Origin: an uncultured Pelagibacteraceae bacterium
GTDB taxonomy: Bacteria; Pseudomonadota; Alphaproteobacteria; Pelagibacterales; AG-422-B15
NCBI GenBank assembly: GCA_902605215.1
Contig: CACLBX010000002.1
Location: 6,936 to 70,935, forward strand
DNA: 64,000 bases
Direction of reading: 5' to 3'
Part shown: piece after piece, positions 11,599-21,129 of the stretch
Layout of the letters: each line of letters starts with the position of its first letter
Position numbering within the stretch: the stretch's first letter is position 1
Notes under the pieces: generated by a model
What the model was told of the DNA's origin: nothing
What the model saw: only the letters and a program-made list of their open reading frames with translations
The model's database searches: none
Program-made: the position numbers and the translations under genes

Positions 11599-12297
11599 TT
11601 GATTAAAAATTTCTCTTTCCATTTTATTTTTTTAGCAACAATTTGTTTTCTTTTACTGCTTGGTTATTGGCAAACCCAAAGATTAGAGTGGAAGACAAAC
11701 ATTATTAATTCAGTTGAAAAAAATTACATGCTCAAACTGGAAAAATTTCCTTTTGAAGGTGGCATGGATAAAGAATTTGAATTTATGCAAGTAGAGTTAA
11801 AAGGCTTTTTTGTAAAAGAAAAACTTATGTATTTTTTTAAATCAAATTTAAACGGCATGTCAGGGTTTGAAATTGTATTACCTTTAAAAACTGAAGATGT
11901 AAAATATGTTTATGTGATCTTGGGATGGATACCTTATGACTTTAAGGAAAAATTTAATCTCGATTTTATAGATACAAATAAGGAGTTTATTTTTAATGGA
12001 GCATTAATATATTCTAAAGAGAGAAAACCTTTAATACCTGACAATGAATATTCAGCAAGCATATGGTACCTTCTAAATACTGACGAGATGGATAATTTTC
12101 ATAAAATTGAGTCAAGTTCATACATTCTTAAAATCACCGATCAAAATAAATTTGAGAATCTTTTAATTGAATTTGAGCCTTCAAACATAAGAAATAATCA
12201 CTTGCAGTATGCAGTTACATGGTTCTTGCTATCAATTGTTATATTGATCATGTATATCTATTATATAAGGCAAGGAAATACTGAAAATGAAGTATAG
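11599..12297 (+). CDS. SURF1/Shy1 cytochrome oxidase biogenesis protein (start uncertain)
   Basis: N-terminal TM helix followed by GYWQTQRLEWK, and a C-terminal HLQYAVTWFLLS TM helix. The ORF is open from ATG 11512, but that start overlaps coxC by 73 nt. The in-frame TTG at 11599 gives MIKNFSFHF.. and is preferred. Confidence 0.8.
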   Translation: MIKNFSFHFIFLATICFLLLLGYWQTQRLEWKTNIINSVEKNYMLKLEKFPFEGGMDKEFEFMQVELKGFFVKEKLMYFFKSNLNGMSGFEIVLPLKTEDVKYVYVILGWIPYDFKEKFNLDFIDTNKEFIFNGALIYSKERKPLIPDNEYSASIWYLLNTDEMDNFHKIESSSYILKITDQNKFENLLIEFEPSNIRNNHLQYAVTWFLLSIVILIMYIYYIRQGNTENEV

Positions 12298-13672
12298 AAG
12301 CACAAGAGGAACTAATGAGGAGACGTTTAAGAAAGTTCTTTTTGCTGGTTTAGCAGAGGATGGTGGACTTTACGTACCAATGAATTGGCCTCAAATAGAC
12401 GTTAATAAAATAGATAAGAATATTAGCTACAAAGACCTTACAAAATTAATACTTTATCCATTTGTTAAGGATTTTATTTCTATAATTGAACTGGAAAACA
12501 TTATTAATATTTCCTATTCAAAGCAGTTCTCATCAGAAAACCTTGTATCATTTAAAGAATTGAGTGATAACGAAATACTGGTTGAGTTATTTAATGGTCC
12601 TACGCTTGCTTTCAAAGATTTTGCAATGCAATTACTTATTCCTTTATTTGATCATTTTTTAGAAAAAGAAAATAAGAAAATAAATTTGATTGTGGCTACT
12701 TCTGGTGATACTGGATCTGCAGCAATTAATGCAGTAAAGCAAAGTAAGAACATAAGTATATTTTGTTTATATCCTAGTAAGAGAATTTCAGATTTTCAAA
12801 GACGTCAAATGTCGACTGTGACAGAAAGTAATATCTTTTTGTGTGAAATTGACGGTACATTTGATGACTGTCAAAAAATTGTTAAAGATATTCTTAAGGA
12901 TACTAAGTACAGTTCTGAAAATAATATATCTGCAGTCAATTCGATTAATTGGGCGCGAATATTAATTCAATGTGTGTACTATTATTATACATATATAAAT
13001 TATTTTGATGCATCTAGACCAACAGTTAACTTCTCTGTTCCTACAGGTAATTTTGGTGATATTTATGCAGGATATGTAGCCTATAAGATGGGACTACCAA
13101 TAAATAAATTAATAATTGCTACAAATGAAAATGATATCTTACACAGATTTATAAATACAGGAATCTACCAGACAGAAAGTGTAAAAAAAACAACAAGCCC
13201 AAGTATGGATATACAAATAGCAAGTAATTTTGAAAGACTTTTGTTTGATATCATGAGTCAGTCAAATGAAAAAACAGCATCAGCAATGCATTTATTTGAA
13301 GAAAAGGGAAAATTAACAGTAGAGCAACAGGACTTAAATATTATTTCAAATATCTTTGCATCTGAAAGCACACATCAAGAAGAAGTTAACAAAATAATAT
13401 CTAATGTTCATGAAATTCATTCCTACCTCGTTGATCCTCATACAGCTACCGGCATAAATGCCTCAAGAAAGACAAATGATAGTGATCGCATGAATTTCAC
13501 ATTATCAACTGCTCATCCTGTAAAGTTTTCAGAAACAGTTGATATGGCTGTTGGAAAAAATCTAGATTTATTAAGTAATTACAAGGATTTATTTAGTAAA
13601 GATGAAAAAATTCACTCCATCCAAAACAATACGGATGAAGTGAAAAAATTTATTTTAGAGAATAAACATTAA
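12287..13672 (+). CDS. thrC: Threonine synthase
   Basis: PLP-Lys motif PTLAFKDFAMQ and ATSGDTGSAAI. The 461-aa length matches long-form ThrC. Confidence 0.93.
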   Translation: MKYRSTRGTNEETFKKVLFAGLAEDGGLYVPMNWPQIDVNKIDKNISYKDLTKLILYPFVKDFISIIELENIINISYSKQFSSENLVSFKELSDNEILVELFNGPTLAFKDFAMQLLIPLFDHFLEKENKKINLIVATSGDTGSAAINAVKQSKNISIFCLYPSKRISDFQRRQMSTVTESNIFLCEIDGTFDDCQKIVKDILKDTKYSSENNISAVNSINWARILIQCVYYYYTYINYFDASRPTVNFSVPTGNFGDIYAGYVAYKMGLPINKLIIATNENDILHRFINTGIYQTESVKKTTSPSMDIQIASNFERLLFDIMSQSNEKTASAMHLFEEKGKLTVEQQDLNIISNIFASESTHQEEVNKIISNVHEIHSYLVDPHTATGINASRKTNDSDRMNFTLSTAHPVKFSETVDMAVGKNLDLLSNYKDLFSKDEKIHSIQNNTDEVKKFILENKH

Positions 13673-14257
13673 ATGTCCTTTTTAACTACATATTACCCAA
13701 AGAGAATTGAATTTGAGCTAAAAGGCAAAAATGTTTTTTTAAGACCACCAGAATATAAAGATTGGAAAGCTTGGTCGTCATTAAAGGAAAAAAATAAATT
13801 TTATCTCAAACCGTGGGAACCTCTTTGGTCACCGTCAGAACTTGAAAGAAGTTCATTTGTAAAAAGAGTAAGATTTTTCGAGAAGCTAGCTTTAGATGAC
13901 AGTGCTTACTCTTTTTTAATTTTTGAAAGCAAAACTAAAAATTTAATAGGTGAAATAAATATCAACAATGTTCAAAGAAGCGTTGTGCAGTCATGTTCAA
14001 TAGGATATTGGATTTGTGAAGAAAAAATGGGTCAAGGTCTAATGAGTGAAGCAATAAATTTAATTAAAAAGTTCATATTTGATGAATTAGATCTTCATCG
14101 GTTAGAGGCTGCATGTTTGCCAGTCAATAAGCGATCTCTTAGAACACTTGAACATAATGGCTTTGCTATTGAAGGACTCGTAAGAAAGTATTTGAAGATA
14201 AACGGTAATTGGGAAGATCACCTCCTTTTATCTTGTATTAAAAATGAAAGTTTATAG
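13673..14257 (+). CDS. GNAT N-acetyltransferase, RimJ/RimL-like
   Basis: GNAT core: IGYWICEEKMGQGLMSEAI ... LHRLEAACLPVNKRSLRTLEHNGF. Confidence 0.8.
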   Translation: MSFLTTYYPKRIEFELKGKNVFLRPPEYKDWKAWSSLKEKNKFYLKPWEPLWSPSELERSSFVKRVRFFEKLALDDSAYSFLIFESKTKNLIGEININNVQRSVVQSCSIGYWICEEKMGQGLMSEAINLIKKFIFDELDLHRLEAACLPVNKRSLRTLEHNGFAIEGLVRKYLKINGNWEDHLLLSCIKNESL

Positions 14258-14266
14258 TATGCGCCT

Positions 14267-14752
14267 ATGGTAGATCTTATAGGAAACAAAATTCCAGATA
14301 TTAAACTTGTAAAAATGGATAGTGAAAAAGGCCCACAACCTCTTTCTGTATTAGACTATTGTAAAGATAAGAAAGTAGTAATGTTTGGTGTTCCTGGTGC
14401 TTTCACACCGACTTGCTCTAGGAATCATTTGCCTGGATTCATAGATAAAGCTGATGAAATGAAAGCTAGAGGAATCGATGAAGTTATTTGCTTTGCTACA
14501 AATGATATATTCACATTGTCTGCTTGGGAAGAAATGTCAGGCTCCATTGGAAAGATTCTATTTTTATCAGACAGCAAGGCAAAATTCTCAAAATCTATTG
14601 GAACTGATTTTCCTGATAGCTTTGGCACATCAACAAAAACTCAAAGATGTTCGATATTAATCAATGATGGAACGGTAGAGAAATTTTTTGTTGAAGACGA
14701 AGATGGACAAGTAAGCGTCAGTAGTGCAGATAATATGCTCGAAAATATCTAA
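14267..14752 (+). CDS. Peroxiredoxin, Prx5/PrxD type
   Basis: Peroxidatic Cys motif VPGAFTPTCS. Length is 161 aa. Confidence 0.9.
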   Translation: MVDLIGNKIPDIKLVKMDSEKGPQPLSVLDYCKDKKVVMFGVPGAFTPTCSRNHLPGFIDKADEMKARGIDEVICFATNDIFTLSAWEEMSGSIGKILFLSDSKAKFSKSIGTDFPDSFGTSTKTQRCSILINDGTVEKFFVEDEDGQVSVSSADNMLENI

Positions 14753-15189
14753 TTTGATATTGCGGAAGTAGCTAATTTATCAGCTATTTCATTTCCAAAG
14801 TCACCAGAATGACCCTTAACCCATATCCAGTCAATATTATGTAGTTCAACAAGTTTATCAAGATCCATCCAAAGATCTTTATTTTTGACATCTTTTTTGT
14901 TTGCAGTTTTCCAATCATTTGTTTTCCATTTTAAGATCCATTCTTGTATACCTTGCATTACGTATTTTGAATCTGTAAAAAGTTTTATTTTTGAGTTCTG
15001 ATCAACGTGCCGAAGAGCTTGAATAACAGCTACTAATTCCATTCTATTATTGGTCGTGTCTTCATCAGATCCATTTAACTCAATTTTCTCAATACCTTTT
15101 TCAATATAAACCCCCCAACCACCTCGTCCAGGATTTCCAGAGCAGGCTCCATCTGTGTATATATGTAAAATATCAGAGTCCATATTCAC
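14749..15189 (-). CDS. rnhA: Ribonuclease HI
   Basis: Motifs IYTDGACSGNPG, NNRMEL and VKGHSGDFGNEIAD. Length is 146 aa. Confidence 0.92.
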   Translation of the reverse strand: MNMDSDILHIYTDGACSGNPGRGGWGVYIEKGIEKIELNGSDEDTTNNRMELVAVIQALRHVDQNSKIKLFTDSKYVMQGIQEWILKWKTNDWKTANKKDVKNKDLWMDLDKLVELHNIDWIWVKGHSGDFGNEIADKLATSAISN

Positions 15190-16135
15190 TGGCTTTTCTT
15201 ACTGACTGGTGAAACCTCAACTTAGAAATATACTCATTTGGATCTTTTTTTAAAATTAAATCACTGTCTTCATGAGAATAAAAATCAAGAAGTCTTGTCA
15301 GCAAATATCTTAATGCGGATGCTCTGGCCAACAGAGGCAGGGCTTCAACTTCTTCATTAGAAAATTTTCGTTCTTGGTTATAACTTCCTAATAGGTACTT
15401 AGCTTTGGTTGGATTGAATTCATTATTACTATCCTCAAAACACCAGGCATTGAGACAAATAGCAATCTCATATGCATAAAAATCATTACACGAAAAATAA
15501 AAGTCAATAATACCTGTTAGATTATTTTCTTCAAAAAAAATATTATCAGGAAATAAGTCTGCATGAATTATACCTGATGGTAAGTCTTTATTTATTTCCC
15601 TTGATAAAAATAAGAATTCATCTTCTATAAATTTTAGTTTTTCATCATCAATATGCTTTTTATAAGTCTTTAACTTTTCAATAATAATACCAAGCTTATC
15701 GAAACCAAGCTCATTTTCTCTTTTTATATTAAGTTTTTCAGAGGCATTATGCATTTTGGCGATGGTTAGGCCTAGATTAGAACAATGAATAGGTTTTATT
15801 TTCTCTAAAGAACTGCCTGTTAGGAATGAAGTAATAACAGCATGCTTTTGTTTAATAGAATTTGAGAAATTACCCTGTTTATCCTTAATGACCTCAGGAC
15901 ATTTGATATCATGGGCATTGAGATGATTCATTAAATCAAAATAAAATGGAAGATTCTCTTGATTTGTTCTTTCCTCAAAAATAGTCAGGATAAATTTTTT
16001 ATTATCTGCAGTGAGTAAGTAGTTTGAATTTGAGGTTCCACCTTTGATACCACTAAACTCATTTATATTATCAATGTTATATTTGCTCAAAAAAACATTG
16101 AGTTCATCAATTGATATTTGTGTATATACAGCCAT
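15173..16135 (-). CDS. thrB: Homoserine kinase, type II (protein-kinase fold)
   Basis: The MAVYT... N-terminus is typical of alphaproteobacterial ThrB, with the APH-like catalytic region IIHADLFPDNIFF. The track start at 16141 is a TTG two codons upstream of this ATG. Confidence 0.85.
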   Translation of the reverse strand: MAVYTQISIDELNVFLSKYNIDNINEFSGIKGGTSNSNYLLTADNKKFILTIFEERTNQENLPFYFDLMNHLNAHDIKCPEVIKDKQGNFSNSIKQKHAVITSFLTGSSLEKIKPIHCSNLGLTIAKMHNASEKLNIKRENELGFDKLGIIIEKLKTYKKHIDDEKLKFIEDEFLFLSREINKDLPSGIIHADLFPDNIFFEENNLTGIIDFYFSCNDFYAYEIAICLNAWCFEDSNNEFNPTKAKYLLGSYNQERKFSNEEVEALPLLARASALRYLLTRLLDFYSHEDSDLILKKDPNEYISKLRFHQSVRKASEYGL

Positions 16136-16177
16136 TAACAATATTTATAGCTCAGAATAAGTTAATTAAGTAATGAT

Positions 16178-16672
16178 TTATGTCTTAAGTTTATTTATCT
16201 GGCTTATTGATTGCTCAACTAATTTTTTTGAGCTCTGTTCATTAATATTTTCAATGATAATTTTTTCAGCAATATTGACCGAATTCGCTACTATCTCCTC
16301 ATTCACTTTAGAAATCGCTACTTTTTCTGCTCTTGATATTTTATCGATTGCTTGCTGCTCAGCTCTTTTTATAAATTCTTCTGCTTTAGCTTTAGAAGTT
16401 TCCTCATGATTCTTTGCAATTTCTTTAGCCTGATTAATGATGTTGTTTGCTTCTTCATCTGCTGACTGAACTTTTCTTTCGTATTCAGCAACGAGAGAAT
16501 TCGCTTCTTCCTTTAGTTTTCTTGCATTATCTAATTCAGATTTAATATTTTCAATTTCACCATCAAGAAGCTTTGCTATCATTGACGGCGCTTTTATGAA
16601 AAGTGCGACTGCTATAAAAATTAGAAACGCTACAAATACCCAAAACGAAGGATCAGAAAATAAATATGACAT
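16178..16672 (-). CDS. atpF: ATP synthase F0 subunit b
   Basis: One N-terminal TM helix followed by a long charged helix. It is the last gene of the F0 string. Confidence 0.85.
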   Translation of the reverse strand: MSYLFSDPSFWVFVAFLIFIAVALFIKAPSMIAKLLDGEIENIKSELDNARKLKEEANSLVAEYERKVQSADEEANNIINQAKEIAKNHEETSKAKAEEFIKRAEQQAIDKISRAEKVAISKVNEEIVANSVNIAEKIIIENINEQSSKKLVEQSISQINKLKT

Positions 16673-16690
16673 TAGTTATAAATTTCCATA

Positions 16691-17239
16691 TCAATTAAGC
16701 TTTTTTGAGATTTCATCATCACTAGGAACAGTCTCAACATACTTAGAAACGATAGATTTAATAGTATCAATAGTAGCTTTTTTAATTTCCTGTTCAGACT
16801 GTTGTTTTTGTTGATGAATTTTCTTTTCAGACTCTGTAATCATTGCATTAATCTTGATTTCATTATCTTTTTTTAATTTATCTAAGTATTCATTCATAGT
16901 GGCTTTTGAACTTGAGACTATTTCATTTGACTCAAGAGATGCAGAATTCATTTTATCATCATAATTTTCTAAAATTTTACTTGCTTCAGAATTAAGATTT
17001 TCAGCATCGTTAATATCATTAGAAATTTTATCTTTTCTTTCTTCTATTGTTGTGCTCAGCCTTGGGATCACAAATTTCCACATGAATAAATACAAAGCTG
17101 TAAAAGTAACTATCAGCCAGAATAATTGTGATGGGAAAGTTGAAATATCCATTTGCGGAAGGCCAGCAGATTTCTGACCTTCAGCATAAGCTTCAGATAA
17201 GGGCAAAACAAAAATAAAAATTTTAAGAAAAAATTTCAT
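16691..17239 (-). CDS. atpF2: ATP synthase F0 subunit b'
   Basis: A second b-like protein with a TM helix plus charged coiled helix, located between atpE and atpF as in alphaproteobacteria. Confidence 0.8.
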   Translation of the reverse strand: MKFFLKIFIFVLPLSEAYAEGQKSAGLPQMDISTFPSQLFWLIVTFTALYLFMWKFVIPRLSTTIEERKDKISNDINDAENLNSEASKILENYDDKMNSASLESNEIVSSSKATMNEYLDKLKKDNEIKINAMITESEKKIHQQKQQSEQEIKKATIDTIKSIVSKYVETVPSDDEISKKLN

Positions 17240-17245
17240 TATGTT

Positions 17246-17500
<255 letters not shown>

Positions 17501-18241
17501 TTAATGATCCGGATGAAGGGCATCATTTAAATAGATACAAGTTAAAATAGTAAATATATATGCTTGAAGAGCTGCAATTAATGTTTCAAGTGCATATAAA
17601 ACTACAAGAAAAATTAATGGAGCAAAGCCAAGAAAGCCAAGCATCACGATAAATCCTGCAAAGATTTTTAATATACTGTGACCCGCAAGCATGTTTGCGC
17701 ACAATCTTACGGATAAACTGATTGGCTTAGATAAATAAGATATGATTTCTATTGGAACAATTAAAGGTGCTAGAAATATTGGAATACCTGATGGATAGAA
17801 TATTCTAAGATAACCAAGGCCGTTCTTCATGAAACCAATTATGGTTACCGCTAGAAAAATTAAACCAGCAAATGCAAAGGTAACAATAAGATGACTTGTT
17901 ACTGTGAATGTATAAGGAATAAGGCCTATAAAATTACAAAAGAAAATAAACATGAATAAAGAAAAAATAAATGGGAAATAAGCTCTCCCTTGATCTCCGA
18001 CCTGATCACGCAACATGTTGGCGATAAAATTGTATGATAACTCGGATAGCATTTGCATTCTATTTGGAATGATGGACCGTTTTGATAAGCCTAATATAAA
18101 AAGAGTCATCGTGGCTGCTATCGCGAAGACCATGAATAGAGATGAATTGGTAAATGAAATATCTATACCTGCTATTTGCATCTCAGCAATTTTAGAGATT
18201 TCAAACTGATGTATTGGATCTATAGGATTATCTGCAGCCAT
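17501..18241 (-). CDS. atpB: ATP synthase F0 subunit a
   Basis: Polytopic protein with the essential-Arg motif LSVRLCANMLAGH. Confidence 0.95.
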   Translation of the reverse strand: MAADNPIDPIHQFEISKIAEMQIAGIDISFTNSSLFMVFAIAATMTLFILGLSKRSIIPNRMQMLSELSYNFIANMLRDQVGDQGRAYFPFIFSLFMFIFFCNFIGLIPYTFTVTSHLIVTFAFAGLIFLAVTIIGFMKNGLGYLRIFYPSGIPIFLAPLIVPIEIISYLSKPISLSVRLCANMLAGHSILKIFAGFIVMLGFLGFAPLIFLVVLYALETLIAALQAYIFTILTCIYLNDALHPDH

Positions 18242-18252
18242 TGAGTTATTTT

Positions 18253-18534
18253 TTAGTTATTTTGAAGGCTTTTTGCAACCCTAAAAACATTAAGAATTCC
18301 TGCTGCGCTGCCCAAAAGGAAGAAGATAATTATAAATAAGGGTCGCGTCTCAAAATAATTGTCTGCCAAGATCCCTATGCCAAGGCCAACTGCCATTGCT
18401 GCGACAATTTCTACCACCACTTTCATGATTTTTCCTATGGGTTTAGGATTATTTGGAGCGTCTGGTGAGGATGACTTTTTAGCTGCTTGAATTTTTTCTT
18501 GCAGGTTACGAATGTCATTCTGATCAGATGACAT
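18253..18534 (-). CDS. atpI: AtpI/AtpZ-like small membrane protein preceding the F0 genes
   Basis: 93 aa with two TM helices after a polar N-terminus, located immediately upstream of atpB. Confidence 0.6.
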   Translation of the reverse strand: MSSDQNDIRNLQEKIQAAKKSSSPDAPNNPKPIGKIMKVVVEIVAAMAVGLGIGILADNYFETRPLFIIIFFLLGSAAGILNVFRVAKSLQNN

Positions 18535-21129
18535 TTAAGCAACAGCTCCAATTTCCTCAGCTTTCTTAAGATCTACGGAGACTATTTGACTAACTCCTCT
18601 CTCAGCCATCGTAACACCAAATAGTCTGTCCATTCTAGACATGGTCAGGGCATGGTGTGTTATTATTAAAAACTTAGTATTGGTCTTGTCTGTTATGCTG
18701 TCTAAGAGGCCACAAAATCTCTCTACGTTAGCGTCATCCAGTGGAGCATCGACCTCATCAAGTACACAAATCGGTGATGGGTTGGTAAGAAAAACTGCAA
18801 ATATTAATGATAGTGCAGTAAGAGCTTGCTCTCCACCTGAAAGAAGAGACATAGATTGCAATTTTTTACCTGGCGGACTGACCATCATTTCTAATCCAGC
18901 TTCTAACGGATCATCCGAGTCAATAAGTTCAAGATGAGCCTTGCCTCCATTGAATAATTTTACGAATACATCTTTAAAGTGACTATTTACAGTATCGAAA
19001 GCTTTCAACAACCTTGTTCTACCTTCTTTATTTAAATCCTCAATTGAGATTCTCATTTTTTTAATTGCACTTTCGAGATCTTCTTTTTCTTTTGTCATGT
19101 TCTCTAATTCATCATCGATTTCTTTTGTTTCTAAATCAGCTCTTAAATTTACGGCACCCATTGTTTCACGTTGTTGCTTTAATCTGTCTAATCTCATTTC
19201 AGTTCTATCTGCATTAGTTTTCATCGTATCTAGATCCTCGGCAATATTTAAAACACTTACGATGTCATGCGGTACACAATTAAACTTTTCTTTTGACTCA
19301 TCTTCTAGCTCTTTCAATCTGGATTCTGCTAATTCTTTTGTAGCTTCTGTTCTTCCTTTTGACTCTCTAATATTAGCTAGATCATTTTGTGCTTTTCGAA
19401 GTTTGGCCTCAATTTTTTTGAGCTCATTATCTGCTTCAGCAAGTCTGTCGGCAGCAAACTGCCTTTCTGTTTCTGCAAACCCTTTTGTTTCAATCAATTG
19501 CCCTCTTCGTTGAGCAATTTCTTCAGGCCTATTTGAAATTTTTTTTAATTCTTCTTCGGATTTTGTTTTTCTTGATGCTAATTTTTCTATCTGCTCTTTG
19601 GACGATCTAATTGTTTTACTTAATCTTTGATATTCGTAGGTCCAATCACTTTGCTTTTGTTCAACATCTTTTTGTCTGAGTTGTTCTCTCAGTTCCAATG
19701 ACAAGGTTGCAGCTTTTTTAGCTTCATTACTCGACCTATCGTAGACATTTCTTGCTTCTTGAGATGCCTGATTTGCACCTGTTACCTTTTCGGTTATCTC
19801 TTTTAAGTGGAAGTAGAATTTTTCCTTAAACTTAGATGTCCAATTATGTGGATCATCATAGCCTTCAACCTCTTTAAGAGTTGACTCTCGTGATTTTAAG
19901 TTTTCTGAAGTTATGAGTGTATCTTGCCATTCATCTCTTTTAGAATTTTTTATTTGATTGTACTGTTCTATCTCTTGATCGAGATCTAGAATTTTTGCTT
20001 CTAAATTTTCTTTTTCTACTTTTAGTTGGTCTATTGTTTCATTGCTTATTTCATCTGTATTTTGACCATTATCTTCTGTATCCCTTCTAGATTTTAATGC
20101 CTCAAGATCTTTGATTGCATCCTGAAGCTGAAATTGCTCTCTTTCATTGTCACTAATTATTTGTTGTATCGAATTTTCGAGGTTTTTCTTTTCATCTTTT
20201 ATTCTTTCCTCTTCTTGATCAAGAGTGTCTCTCTCAAGATTAATTCGATTAAGCTTTGCAGCAGCTTCAATCTCTTTTTCTCTTAGAGGCTTTATCTTCT
20301 CATTAGATTTTAGTTGCTCGTTAGTTGCTTGGGTAACCTCTAGAGTAAATTTTTGAATTTGTGATTCACTTGTTTTCAAATCCTCATCAGACTTTTCGAA
20401 AGACTCCTTTAATAAGGTCCATTTTAAAAACAGCACTATGCCCTCTAATTTACTGATTTCAGAGGAGATGGACCGGTAAGTTTCAGCTTGTTCTGCTTGT
20501 TTTTTTAGATTGTTTATTTGAGTATTCAGTTGTTTCATCAAGTCTTTAACTCGCTGGAGATTATTTTCAGCACCTTTGAGTTTTAGTTCTGCCTCATGTC
20601 TTCTTGAGTGAAGACCAGAAATCCCAGCCGCTTCTTCCAATACTGACCTTCTGTCTATTGGTTTTGCATTTATTAGAGCCCCAACTCGTCCTTGGCTAAT
20701 AAGAGAAGGTGAGTGAGCTCCAGTAGAAAGGTCTGCAAACAGTCTCTGCACGTCTCTTGCTCTAACATCTTTGCCGTTAATTTTGTAATCAGAACCTCTT
20801 TCTACCTCAATTTTCCTTTTTACTTGAATTTCTATTTGATCATTAAATTCTGATGGCGCCTTTCTATCTTCATTATCTAAATAAATTGTGACTTCAGCAT
20901 TATTTCTTGATGGTCTATCTGCAGTGCCTGAGAAAATCACATCTTCCATTCCCGAGCCCCTCATACTTTTTGCTGATGTTTCTCCCATACACCATCTTAA
21001 AGATTCAACTACATTAGATTTACCGCATCCATTAGGGCCTACAATCCCAGTAAGACCTTGTTCAATATTTAACTCAGTTGGGTCAACAAAAGATTTAAAG
21101 CCTAAGATTTTAATTTTTTTAAATTTCAT
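18535..21129 (-). CDS. smc: SMC chromosome condensation ATPase, unusually short (864 aa), no recognisable hinge
   Basis: N-terminal head: FKSF..GPNGCGKSNVVESLRWCMGE. C-terminal head: LSGGEQALTALSLIFA and VLDEVDAPLDDANV. The roughly 500 aa in between look like coiled coil only. Confidence 0.9.
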   Translation of the reverse strand: MKFKKIKILGFKSFVDPTELNIEQGLTGIVGPNGCGKSNVVESLRWCMGETSAKSMRGSGMEDVIFSGTADRPSRNNAEVTIYLDNEDRKAPSEFNDQIEIQVKRKIEVERGSDYKINGKDVRARDVQRLFADLSTGAHSPSLISQGRVGALINAKPIDRRSVLEEAAGISGLHSRRHEAELKLKGAENNLQRVKDLMKQLNTQINNLKKQAEQAETYRSISSEISKLEGIVLFLKWTLLKESFEKSDEDLKTSESQIQKFTLEVTQATNEQLKSNEKIKPLREKEIEAAAKLNRINLERDTLDQEEERIKDEKKNLENSIQQIISDNEREQFQLQDAIKDLEALKSRRDTEDNGQNTDEISNETIDQLKVEKENLEAKILDLDQEIEQYNQIKNSKRDEWQDTLITSENLKSRESTLKEVEGYDDPHNWTSKFKEKFYFHLKEITEKVTGANQASQEARNVYDRSSNEAKKAATLSLELREQLRQKDVEQKQSDWTYEYQRLSKTIRSSKEQIEKLASRKTKSEEELKKISNRPEEIAQRRGQLIETKGFAETERQFAADRLAEADNELKKIEAKLRKAQNDLANIRESKGRTEATKELAESRLKELEDESKEKFNCVPHDIVSVLNIAEDLDTMKTNADRTEMRLDRLKQQRETMGAVNLRADLETKEIDDELENMTKEKEDLESAIKKMRISIEDLNKEGRTRLLKAFDTVNSHFKDVFVKLFNGGKAHLELIDSDDPLEAGLEMMVSPPGKKLQSMSLLSGGEQALTALSLIFAVFLTNPSPICVLDEVDAPLDDANVERFCGLLDSITDKTNTKFLIITHHALTMSRMDRLFGVTMAERGVSQIVSVDLKKAEEIGAVA

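Noticed and set aside
19097-19513. A 138-aa antisense ORF lies inside smc. Similar 'shadow' ORFs in the track are 2800-3033, 5550-5780, 6129-6311, 7838-8134, 8559-8756, 11095-11307, 14425-14660, 16173-16409, 18641-18937, 20888-21136, 24761-24964, 25402-25635, 26000-26227, 27301-27507, 29566-29760, 31425-31610, 34755-35211, 36465-36971, 39268-39855, 40318-40614, 41546-41761, 41893-42186, 42629-42868, 43350-43538, 43683-43985, 44631-44972, 45440-45640, 50639-50827, 52436-52654, 57310-57537, 58406-58594 and 63462-63854.
   Set aside because: All are nested in, or antisense to, genes with strong family motifs. Their translations are low-complexity (Ser/Leu/Phe/Ile-rich) with no recognisable domains. 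This is typical of open frames opposite AT-rich coding sequence.
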